DNA from: Azolla caroliniana
Lineage: Eukaryota > Plantae > Polypodiophyta
Direction: 5' to 3'
Assembly (NCBI GenBank): GCA_043228905.1
Contig: JBHGNT010000005.1
Location: 5,084,001-5,148,000, forward strand
Length of the DNA stretch: 64,000 bases
Shown: positions 33,717-44,180 of the stretch, one piece after another
Layout of the letters: each line of letters starts with the position of its first letter
How positions within the stretch are numbered: the stretch's first letter is position 1
Position numbers and translations under genes: made by a program
Notes under the pieces: generated by a model
Databases searched by the model: none
What the model was told of the DNA's origin: nothing
Seen by the model: only the letters and a program-made list of their open reading frames with translations

Positions 33717-35833
33717 TCTCGGTTTTCGGAACCGAGGGAGTCGCGGTTACGTTCGTGGTTCGGCCGTACCGTCAGAAACTGGACCGAATGGCGCCCGTCT
33801 TGGCTTTTGACCCTCGCGTAGGCCGAACCATTGTCCAGCACCTTGGTCTCCATTCGCGCCGCCGTGATGTACGGCTCTCCCAGTATGACCGGATGCGAAG
33901 ACGTCTCCTGCACGAAGAAGTGCTGGTCAATCTCGACGTCGCCGATCTTGACTCGCACATTCGGACAGGCCCCGTGCAGTTCCTCGGTGGCGCGCGTTGC
34001 TGCCCTTATTTTCCACCCGTGCTTGGTGTTGATCGGCCATTTACCCTTCTTATAGAAGTCCATGGACATCAAATTGATCTCCGATCCGTGGTCCACCAAA
34101 GCTATCACCGGTTCCTGGACATCGCCGATCTTCACCGGGGTTTCCGTGGTCGCTCGGGCCCAGTGTGGTCTCGAATAGTGGCTTTCCGCCCACTCGTCTC
34201 CCAGCGCCATGTCGTCTAGGTGCGTCGTCCGCACTTCCACCGGTCTTTCCGGTTCTGTCTCCGTTGACAGCCTCTTCCGTTTCACCAAGTGCACGATGGA
34301 GTCGTGGAACTCCTTCTTGGCGATTCCCAGCACCTCTCGTAACGACAGCTCCACCTTGCTGTCGAGGATCCGTTCCTCCAGGACCTTTCGTAAGTCCATG
34401 GTCCTTTCTATCTCCGTCCCCAGACGGTACCCGCCCTTCTGGGGTTTATCTTGCGTACCGGCCCCGCCGGCTTCGTCCCGTCGTGGCCCGGACCGGGTCT
34501 CGTATCGTTGTGAGGGCCCGGTCGTCCCGGGTTTCCCCACCCGCTTCTCTTCTACCAGAGCCTCGTAGTTCTGGCAAGCGGCTTCCACGAAGCCCGTCTT
34601 TTCCTCGACCGGGTCGCTCCACCCGGTCATCTCCCGTACCCGTTTCTCCGCACGGTCCGATTCCTCCCTTTTAAGCCTTGCACCGGCAAGGCCTTCCAGC
34701 ATTGTCGGCCAGAATCCGGCTTTGCTTTCCCTTCGGGCCTCGCCGCCCCCGACTCGAATGCCGGTCGACGCCGAGTAGTGGACGGTTTCCGCGTGTCGGG
34801 CCGCCGCCTCTTCCATCAACCTTTTCATACCACCTCGCCCGTCGTTTCGGCTCAGGGCCCTTCGGGTGTCACTGGCATGCACCCGTCCTTCCCACAGGTA
34901 CACCACCCTGTTCCTCAGCGCCTCCGCGAAGTCGCCGCAGTCCTTCCGAATGTGGCCGACTTCATCGCACCACATGCACCTGTTTCCTGCCGCCGACCGT
35001 CGGTCACGAGCCGGTTCGCCACCTTCCCTTCGGGCTTGCGCGATTTGGAGGTCCTTTATCACCCTCGTCAATTCCTCCAGCGCCGCTCCTCCGGTTGAGC
35101 CTCTGACTACGCCGGTCGAAGCCGAACCGGTTTCCAACCACTCTCGGGTCTCTTCCTTTCGCACCTGTGGCGCTGGTTCGAGCTTCCTTGCTGCGACCGA
35201 GCCCGACCCGGTTGCCCCGTTATCCGCCCATTCTCGCCGTTTGTCGAAACGGCCACAGACTTTCTTGACAGCCGCCCAGTCGGTAGTGAGCCCGTCTTCG
35301 GTTTCCAGCAAGAGGCCCACTTGCCCCCGATCCCGCTCGTCGACCGACTTGACAAACAGCAAGACCCGGCTCGTGTCCAGGATGGTTCTGTCGAGCACCG
35401 AAAGGCGCGCAAAGTTTTCCTCGAACTCCCGGAGGAGTGCCGACGCGTTTCTTCCCTTCCCCGGGGACTCCACCCATTCCATGAACCTTCGCTTCGAAAG
35501 CCGGAGCGCGTCGTCCAGCCCGTATTTCTCTAGGAGCCGACCTTCGAACTCCTCCCAGGTACGGCTCTCCGCCCGCACCTCGAGCACCTCCGCATGGATG
35601 CTCGGCATCGCCACTCGGGGAAATCTGGCAAGACGCCTTTCTTCCGGAATGTCCCGCATCAGCATCTCTGCACCGTAGAACGCCAAATACTTCGTGGCAT
35701 CCTTCCCATCGAACCGGCCGATCGTGCCGACGACCGCCTCAATGGCTCTGTCGAGGGCACCGGTGCCCTCGCGGGCGTTTACAATCCGATCCACGGCCGA
35801 AGCCATGGCCTCTGCAAGATCCGACCCCCTCAT
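33707..35833 (-). CDS. gag: Gypsy-B ORF1: Gag (CCHC knuckle) plus aspartic protease
   Basis: The ATG of MRGS is conserved in A, B and C; CMWCDEVGHIRKDC; ALVDHGSEINLM...VILGEPY; ends GAT TTT TAG. Confidence 0.93.
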   Translation of the reverse strand: MRGSDLAEAMASAVDRIVNAREGTGALDRAIEAVVGTIGRFDGKDATKYLAFYGAEMLMRDIPEERRLARFPRVAMPSIHAEVLEVRAESRTWEEFEGRLLEKYGLDDALRLSKRRFMEWVESPGKGRNASALLREFEENFARLSVLDRTILDTSRVLLFVKSVDERDRGQVGLLLETEDGLTTDWAAVKKVCGRFDKRREWADNGATGSGSVAARKLEPAPQVRKEETREWLETGSASTGVVRGSTGGAALEELTRVIKDLQIAQARREGGEPARDRRSAAGNRCMWCDEVGHIRKDCGDFAEALRNRVVYLWEGRVHASDTRRALSRNDGRGGMKRLMEEAAARHAETVHYSASTGIRVGGGEARRESKAGFWPTMLEGLAGARLKREESDRAEKRVREMTGWSDPVEEKTGFVEAACQNYEALVEEKRVGKPGTTGPSQRYETRSGPRRDEAGGAGTQDKPQKGGYRLGTEIERTMDLRKVLEERILDSKVELSLREVLGIAKKEFHDSIVHLVKRKRLSTETEPERPVEVRTTHLDDMALGDEWAESHYSRPHWARATTETPVKIGDVQEPVIALVDHGSEINLMSMDFYKKGKWPINTKHGWKIRAATRATEELHGACPNVRVKIGDVEIDQHFFVQETSSHPVILGEPYITAARMETKVLDNGSAYARVKSQDGRHSVQFLTVRPNHERNRDSLGSENREDF

Positions 35834-35855
35834 CTTCTGCTCTTCTGCCGCCTCC

Positions 35856-35873
35856 TTCACGTCGGGTTCACCA
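35856..35873 (-). other. Primer-binding site complementary to the tRNA-Trp 3' end (Gypsy-B)
   Basis: TGGTGAACCCGACGTGAA, 4 nt after the 5' LTR; also at 54587-54604 and, with 1 mismatch, 28629-28646. The tRNA assignment comes from the recalled plant tRNA-Trp sequence. Confidence 0.8.
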
Positions 35874-38078
35874 AAGATGTCGAGATATTACGCAAGTGCG
35901 TGTGGAAACGAGGCGGGACCGCGGGGGTCTCGAACCAAAGAGCAAGCGAGGGAGGAGAAAGAGAGAGAACCGGCTACGCAGGACCGGGGATACACAGGGA
36001 CACGGCCCTTCAGCACGGAGAACGCGAACAGACACCGACACAGACAGATGCGAATGACTAAATATGTATATTAACAAAATGGCTAACACGACTACAACCC
36101 TCGATGGGGCACAGGTTGGCTACAACCGAACAGGCCGGCGAACAGATGCCGATGCTTGTTCGCTTCGACGCACAAAGGGGTAGCAGGTCGGAGGTGCTGC
36201 CGGAAGCACTCGGGCGTTCCTCGAAACAGCGCGAGCCTCCTCGGAACCCTGCACAGAAAAGCTATGGAGCTCAAGAAGGAAGGAAACAGAGAGAGAAGCG
36301 TCCAGAAACGGTCCGACAGCACTTCGTCCTCTCTGCCCGAGATCCCTGCAACAGCTCTTTCCTGCTCCTTATATAGGCCGACGAGCAGGCCGTCCTGTCA
36401 GCTTTATTCCCTGTCCCCTTTTTGACAGGGATCCGCTCCGTTCTTCACGCATCCGCGTAGTTACGCCGCCGACTCGTACAGTTCCTTAGCTCGCGCGCGC
36501 GACCGAAAAGACTGTTCGCACGGTCTTCGTCTCCACTTGTGTTAGGGCCCGTTCCTGCCGATTATCCTCCTAATTCGCTTCTATGTGCTACTTGGAGTGT
36601 GCGCGCGTGAAGAACCGGTTCCCACGCCTTGGTGCGCCGATTCCGCCTATGGACGGTTTTCTTCACGACAACGGGCCCAACCTCGAGCGGAGTGGTCCAA
36701 GGCTCTTTCGGAGGAGTGGCTCTGGAAGAGCTGACGCAAATGGTGCGCAACCTCCAGATCGCACAAGCATGGAGGGCAATCAACGTCGTGATTGGAGGCC
36801 ACTGACGGGGCAGCGATACATGTGGTGTGACGTGGTCAGTCACATCCGGAAAGAGTGGGCGGATTTCGTAGAGGCACTCCGGGCCAACGTGGTGTACCTC
36901 TGGAATGGGTGGGTGCATGGCGGCAACACGTGGAAAGCCCTGGAGTTGACCACCGGGCGCGGTGGGATGAAGCGCTTGATGGAGGAAGCCGCGACGCGAC
37001 ATGCAGAGGTTGTCCACTACTTCGCGTCGGCGGGTATCTGGGTCGGGGGCGACGAGGGTCGGAAGGCAAAAGACTCTGGATTCTGACCGCTGGTGTTGGA
37101 AGGCCTCTCCGGGGTACGACTAAGGAAGGAGGAGGCGGTCCGCGCAGAACAACGTATCCGGGAGGTCACCGGATGGGACGATCCGGTTGAAGAGAAGACG
37201 GGCATCGTGGAAGCCGAGTGCCAGAACTACGAGGTTATGGTGGAAGACAAGCACGTGGGAAAGACCAGGGGGGCTGGACCCTCACAACGGTATGAGACCC
37301 GGTTCGGACCGAAGCAGAATGATGTCGGTGCATCCGACGCACCGGACAAGGCCAAGAAGGCCGGTTACTAGTTGAGCACAGAGATCAAAAGGACCGCGGA
37401 CCTACGAAAGGTCCTGGAGGAATGAATCCTCGACAACAAAGTGGAGCTGTTGCTGAGGGAAGTGCTCGGTATTGCCAAGAAGGAGTTCCACGACTCCATC
37501 GTAGACTTGGTGAAGCGGAAAAGGCTTTCGACGGAGCCGGGGCCGGAGAAGCCAGTGGAGGTGCGAATGACGCACCTAGAAGACATGGCCCCGGAGGACG
37601 AGTTGGCGGAAAGCCACTACTCGAGGCTGCATTGGGCTTGGGCGACTACGGAAACCCCTGTTCGGATCGGGGATGTCCAGGAGCCAATGGTGGTGTTGGT
37701 AGACCACGGTTCGGAGATCAACTTGATGTCCATGGACTTCTACAAGAAGGGAAAGTGGCCGATCAACACCAAGCACGGGTGGAAGATACGGGCAACAACG
37801 CGCGCCAGGGAGGAGCTACACGGAGTTTGCCCGAATGTACGAGTGAAAATCGGTGATGCCGAGATCGATCAACACTTCTTCGTGCAGGAGATGACCTCGC
37901 ATCCGGTGATACTCGGAGAACCGTACATCATGGCGGTGCACATGGAGATGAAGGTGATGGACAACGGTTCGACGTATGCCCGAGTCAAAAGCCAGGATGG
38001 GCGTCACTCCGTTCAGTTTCTGACGGTAAGACCAAACCATGAGCGTAATTGCGAGACCCTCGGCGGCAAAAGCCGAGG

Positions 38079-38144
38079 GGATTTTTAGAGAGGGCTATCA
38101 AGGCGTGGGGACGCGATAGTCCGGACACTCCGGTAAAACCCCAC
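38079..38144 (+). promoter_or_regulatory. Putative -1 frameshift signal, Gypsy-A
   Basis: GGAUUUU-UAGAGA-GGGCUAUC...GAUAGUCC; GUGGGG/CCCCAC. Confidence 0.78.
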
Positions 38145-38568
38145 ACATGTACAGTAGGCAGAAGAACCTATAACATAGGTAGGAAGTTTTGGTTCTCTGA
38201 CAGTGGAGGTTGTACAATAGTCGACATCAGTGGCCGGGAAAAGAAGCGGGCGGAAGGAAGACTTAGGCCGTATGGAGTCCTCGCCCTGGCGAAGAGATTG
38301 GCATCGTCGTGGAGGCGGTCTCCTTTGATGACACCTTAGGGGATCTGCGCGAGGTTGTCGAAGGAGGCCTTAGCGATGACCAGGCAATGCCGGTTAGTTC
38401 AGTGGAGATGTACGAAGTCATCGTTGACTTCGGGGAACAGGTCGGGTTCGGTCGGACAGCCCGAGTGGATACTAGGTACAAGACTGTGGACCGGAAGGTG
38501 AGGCCAGTCACGGCACCCTTGCCGGAGGGCAGCGAAGAGCAGAAAAAAGGGGTTGCGTCGGACCCAAG

Positions 38569-40182
38569 TGACGGGAACTCAACGCTCCTTATGCACAACA
38601 CTCGGCCACAACCGAGCTTAGAATCATACACAGAAAACGGGAAACGAAAACACGCGACACAAAAGGAGAGAAGAGGTACACAAGATGTTTACGTGGAAAA
38701 CCCCAAACTTGGGAGAAAAACCACGGCAGCCCACAGGCTGCAAACTATCACTATGTTGGAATGTACAAGCAGTGAGTTCACGAAGGCAACGACCTCGTGC
38801 TCACGATCTTCGCCACAGGCGGCGGTTACAACAGAGGCAACGACCTCTTTCTCTCTCTCACTCTATGTACAGTTACGCACTCTCTCTTATTCTTGCACCA
38901 ACAAGAAAAATGACAACAACAACAACAACTTTTAAAAGTTTGCCCTAAGTCATATTTATACTAATATGACTTTTCGGCTATTTACAAATATAGCCTCGAT
39001 GGACTCTCAGAAACATATTTACGAATATGTCTCTTCATCCGGTTCATACCGGGTCTGCACCATCCGGCTCTCCGTAGCCGGGTACTCCTCGTCCGGTTCA
39101 TACCGGGTCTGCACCATCCGGCTCTCCGAAGTCGGGTATTCCTCGTCCGGTTCATATCGGGTCTGCACCATCCGGCTCTCCGAAGCCGGGTACTCCTCGT
39201 CCGGTTCATACCGGGTCTGCACCATCCGGCTCTCTGTAGCCGGGTACTCCTCGTCCGGTTCATACCGGGTCTGCACCATCTGGCTCTCCGTAGCCGGGTA
39301 CTCCTTGTCCGGTTTCGGCCTCGGCCGAGCTTGTTCATCGGCATTGTTCTTTTCCCTTCCCATCCGGAGGGACCTGTCTCCCAACAAACTCCCCCTTCAC
39401 TCCGGCATGGGGTGTCTTACCAGTCCGATTCTCTTCCGGCATGCATCCAGCTTGTCGGGTATCAGCACTTTGGTTAGCATATCTGACCCGTTCTCAGCCA
39501 TGTGAATTTTCGTCAGCACGAACTCCTGGTCATCTACCCTTTCCCGGATCCAGTGGTACCTCCGCTGGATATGCTTCGTCCGGGAATGGTAGGCCGCATT
39601 CTTAGCAAGGTGGATGGCACGTTGACTGTCGCAATAGAGTCGGTATTCATCTTGCCGGATACCGAGCTCTCCGATGAAGTCCTTCATCCATAATATTTCC
39701 TTGCCGGCTTCCACGGCTGCCATGTACTCCACCTCCGTGGTTGACAATGCAACCGTCTTCTGCAGCCTCGACTGCCACGAAACAGCTCCCCCTGCATATG
39801 TCATCACATACCCGGATGTAGACCGGCTGGTATCCACATCAGCCGACATGTCTGAATCGGTAAAACCGTCCAGTTGAGGTTTTCCGGAGCCGAATCGGAG
39901 ACACATATTTGAAGTGCCCTTCAAATACCGGAGTATCCATTTGACCGCGTTCCAGTGCTCCTTGCCGGGATTACTCATGAACCGGCTCACCACTCTGACT
40001 GCGTATCCAATGTCCGGTCTGGTACAAACCATTGTGTACATCAAGTTCCCGACGGCAGAGGCATATGGAATCTTCATCATATCCGCCTTCTCTGCTTTCG
40101 TCTTTGGGCTTTGCTTACCGGATAGCTTGTTCATCGGCACTGTTCTTCTCCCTTCCCATCCGGAGGGACCTGTCTCCCAACA
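38569..40182 (-). mobile_element. Tnt1/Tork-like copia with a large internal deletion (about 60 bp of 5' LTR + RT end/RNase H + full 3' LTR), inserted in Gypsy-A pol
   Basis: TSD CCAAG/CCAAG; 3' LTR 38569-39386; PPT GAAGGGGGAG; IPYASAVG.LMY.MVCTRPDI...SWQSRLQ...HSRTKHI. Confidence 0.93.
39038..39313. repeat. 54-bp tandem repeat x5 in the LTR U3
   Basis: tccggttcataccgggtctgcaccatccggctctccgtagccgggtactcctcg at 39038, 39092, 39146, 39200 and 39254. Confidence 0.95.
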
Positions 40183-43100
40183 CCAAGTCTATGGCAACCG
40201 GCTGGCATAGGGCACCGATTCACCGACATAACGCTACGGGAGCTCAAGGTCAGTGGGGATGGGTTTCTACTACAGGCGGAGGAGGACTGGTTTCGGAGAA
40301 TGCTCAGGAGGCACTGAAAGGCCTTCGCATTCTCGCCGGAGGAGATCGGGTGCGTCGACCTGACGATTGTGGAACCGATGGTGATCTTCACGGTACCGCA
40401 TGTATCGTGGAATCTCAAACCGATTCTAGTACCCAGAGCTCACATCCCGAAGCTGATGGAGTTGCTAAAATAGAAGGTGGATATGGGCATCCTCGAACCG
40501 TCAAGTGCCCCGTATTCTAATTGTTGGTTTATTGTGCCCAAGAAGAATGGCACGCTGCGCTTCATTCAGGACCTGCAACCGGTCAACAAGGTGACCATTC
40601 AGAATGCAGGAATCGGACCAACCATAGACGAGTTCGCGGAGGCCTTCGCCGGAAGGTCAATTTACTCGGTCGGTGATCTGTACTCGGGATACGATCAGTT
40701 CCAGCTAGTCGTGGAGAGCAGGGACATTACAATGATGCGGACTCTCTCGGCCTGGTACAGATGTGCAACCTTCCGCAAGGAGGGACGAACTCGGTGGCCC
40801 ACATGGTGAACGCAATGAACAAAGTGCTAAGGGATTGTATCCCGGACATCACCATGCCATTCTTAGACGACAACCTAATCAAAGGATGCCCGATGGAGGA
40901 TAAGGACGAGACAATCGGACCGGACGGGTGCTGGAAATTCATGGCGGACCACGTCGATGACTGCGAGAAGGTGCTGTAGAGACTAGACGGCGCGAGGCTC
41001 ACCTTCTCGGGGAAAAATCGGCCTTCGGGCAATCAAAGATCATGGTCGTCAGACACCTATGCGGGCCATTCGGTCGGAAACCGTCGCCGGCCAAGGTAGA
41101 GGCCATCTCCGCGATGAAGCACGACTGCAATTCGGTCACGGAAGTCCGGAGATTCTTGGGAGCATGTGCGTTCTACCATATCTGGATCCCGCATTATGCC
41201 CACGTCGCGGAGCTGCTCTATGTGTTGTTGAAGAAAGGGCGTAAATTCAAGTGGAGAGAGGAACATACGGAGTCGGTCCGGAAAATGAAAGAAGCCCTTG
41301 CTGCGGCGCCGGCACTCTGGAAAGTGGTCTACGGTAAAGACATTCCGATTTACTTAACCGTAGACACGAGTCCGACCGGAATCGGATGGGTGATCAACCA
41401 GGAGGATGAGAATGGCACGAGGTTCCCTATCCGGATCAGCACGAAAGTCCTCAGTGAACGACAGCGAGGGTACGCCCAGGTTAAACGCGAACTCTGGGGT
41501 ATCGTTTTAGCGGTCAAGGACGACAAAGACTACCTGATCGAGATGGAGGTGATAATTGAGACGGACTGCCTGCCGATTCTCGGTATGGTTTTCGGATGCG
41601 CGATGCCGGACATGGCAATGCTCAGGTGGATAGCGTACATCAAGTCCCTGAATTCGGAAATACGACACATTTTCAGAAAAGACAACGCCATGGCCGACAT
41701 GCTTTCAAGGGAGAGATTCGATGATGAGGACGGCATGGTTTCGGAGGATGAAGAAGTCGGTGTGGACTTCTTCGAGACGGCTTACGTAACAACAAGGAAG
41801 GGGAGCACTCCGGTGCTTAACGAGTTCGACGAGAGCAAGTATGACGGGGAGTGGCTCTAGATTGGCGGGTTCCTGAAGACAATGACACCGGACATGGCAT
41901 GGACGAAGGAAGAGACCAATCAGATTCAGAAGAAAGCGTACCGATTCTTCCTACGGAACGGGTGCATATGGAAGCACCCAAAGAAGAGAAACGACATCCC
42001 GCTTCGGGTTGTGGCGAAGAAAGAGGAATAGGTGGAACTGTTGACGGCGTACCACGAGAGTCCCTAGGCCGGACACCGCGGGACGTGGGCCACATTCGAG
42101 AAGCTGAAGGGGAAGTACTGGTGGCCGGGACTATATCGAGACGTGCATCGGTTCGTGACGGCTTGCGAAAGCTGTTAGATGCACTCCATAGTCCGACATC
42201 GGGACGAGCTCCACCCAACCTACCCTCCGACCGTCCAGTTCAAGTGGATGGTGGATCTGGTGACGATGCCGATGGGGGTAGGGCAGATGTGATATCTAGT
42301 GCTGGCTCAGAGGACCTGATGAACCAGGTGGAAGGCCGAGCGTTGCCGAACAAAACGACCGCGGTTGTGTGCCGATTTCTGATCGAAGAAGTAGTATGCC
42401 AGTATAGGTGCATAGGAAAGATCGTAGCTAACCGCGGAGAACTGGACGCACAAGAGGCTGAAGAGCTGTTTGACCAAGGGTTAAACTCTCGCTCACCACG
42501 ACGTACAATCCGGAGGCGAACGGGAAGGTGGAACGCGGACACGGGCCGATCGTCAAAGCATTAGTGCAAGCATGCAGAGGCCATGTCGGAAACTGGCCGC
42601 AACTTTTACCCTATGTGTTGTGGGCCGACCGAACTATGCACAGTTTGGTAACCGGGTGGAGCTGATGTACGGGCAAAAGCCGGTCATGCTAGTGGAGCGA
42701 ACAATCTCCTCATGGGCCACGGTGGGCTGGAGAGACGAGATGAGTCGAGATGAGCTGTTAGCGGCGCGGATCCGATAGCTCGAGCGAAGACCAGAGGATG
42801 TGGAACGAGTTGCGGAAAAGCTACGGGCCGCGAGGGTAAAGAACAAGGGACGATTCAACCAGACTCACCAACTAAGGCCGAAGAAAATCGAGGAAGGCGA
42901 CTGGGTTTTGGTATATGACAGCAGCCTCGACAACCAGCACAAGGCGATGCGAAAGTTCGCGAGGAGGTGGTTTGGGCCTTATGTGGTGACAAGCACCAAC
43001 GACAATGGGACCTACCATCTCGCGGAGCTTGACGGGACGAGGATGGCAATACCAGTGCCTAGGAAAAGGATCAAAGCGTTCAAAAAGCGGCACAAGGATG

Positions 43101-44014
43101 AACCAGACCCGGACGACTTGGGTAGCGAGGACGACCAGTTCGGAGCGAATGGCGGTCCGGAGGACGAAGGGTAAACGTGGGCCGGTCCTCTCCGGCAAGA
43201 GTCTATTTTGGCGCATACCGGTGGATGCGTGGTTAGGTGGGGGCGGATGTCGTGGAGAAAACCGTCCCTAGGCGGAATCGGAGAATGATGTGCGTGAACC
43301 GGCCCTTACACGCGGGCACAAGTTTTGTTGTAATGTACATATTTAGGTATAAGTCGGCCGATCTGAATATCCTAGGTCGCACGGATTTGATAGGTAGGAA
43401 ATCAAGGAATATCTCTGTCTGAAAGGACAGAGAATAAAGAGAATGTAACAAGTTGCAACGGCCTCCCTCCTTGGGCTATAAAAGAGAGGGAGAGGAATAG
43501 TAATAGGGGGCTTTTGAGGGGAGGACGAAGAGTTGTCGGATTGGGACCGAGCTCTTCTCCTCCGTCTTTCTCTGTATTATTTGGTGCAGGTTTTCGGGAG
43601 GCTGACTCTGCTTCGCGGAACGCCCGAGTGCTTCCAGCAGAGTTTCCATCTCGCTCTTCTGTGTGTGTGTGCGTAGGTGTAGGAGATTCATCGCTCACCG
43701 GCCTGCCGGTTGTAATCCCTTTTTCATCAAAATATACATATACTTGTACGCATTCATCTCGTTTCCGTTGTTTCGTTCGGTTGCGGTTCCTATGTATCTG
43801 TGTGTGTGTGTGTGTGGAAGCACAACCGTTGTCTTTCTTGCTCCTACTCCTGATTGGTTATTCCTCGGTCCAAGGCCCCCGTGGTCCCGCCTCGTTCTAT
43901 ACGCACGCGCGTAACAACGCGACAACGACAACCTTCAGTGGATGTCGATACTACGTCACATTTATCAACGACTTCTCTAGGCACCCCTAGATTTATCCTA
44001 TGTGGCAAAAGAGT

Positions 44015-44180
44015 GAAGTGTTCTCACACTTCCAAAAATTTAAAAACGAAGTTGAAAAAAGAATAGGTTGGCACATCCGATGCCTTTGGTCGAACGGAAG
44101 TGTTCTCACACTTCCAAAAATTTAAAAACGAAGTTGAAAAAAGAATAGGTTGGCACATCCGATGCCTTTGGTCGAACGGA
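44015..44180. repeat. Perfect 82-bp tandem duplication in the Copia-3 integrase
   Basis: gaagtgttctcacac...ggtcgaacg repeated at 44015 and 44097. Confidence 0.95.

Larger units (their letters stand above)
29364..36670 (-). mobile_element. Ty3/gypsy element B, structurally intact and very young
   Basis: 793-bp LTRs 29364-30156 and 35878-36670 with about 3 differences by eye, perfect TSD ACGG, PBS, PPT, two open ORFs. Confidence 0.98.
27970..43924 (+). mobile_element. Ty3/gypsy element A (degenerate; hosts Gypsy-B and a deleted copia)
   Basis: LTRs 27970-28624 and 43248-43924 (TGTCG...CGACA), PBS 28629-28646, PPT AGGTGGGGGCGGA, 4-bp TSD ACGG/ACGA; gag, PR, RT, RH and IN with many stops. Confidence 0.95.

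Noticed and set aside
30371-35678. Many long antisense or alternate-frame ORFs over the gypsy coding regions (also at 49-54 kb)
   Set aside because: Shadow ORFs expected in GC-rich coding DNA; no independent motifs
35834-35860. ORF-track GTG start of Gypsy-B gag inside the PBS
   Set aside because: The ATG of MRGS is the start conserved in all three copies, and the upstream frame is not preserved in C
38966-39505. ORFs with 18-aa repeats and a superficially CRISPR-like array
   Set aside because: The 54-bp units are head-to-tail without unique spacers, lie inside an LTR in a eukaryotic genome, and no cas genes are present; the unit length is a multiple of 3, which explains the open frames
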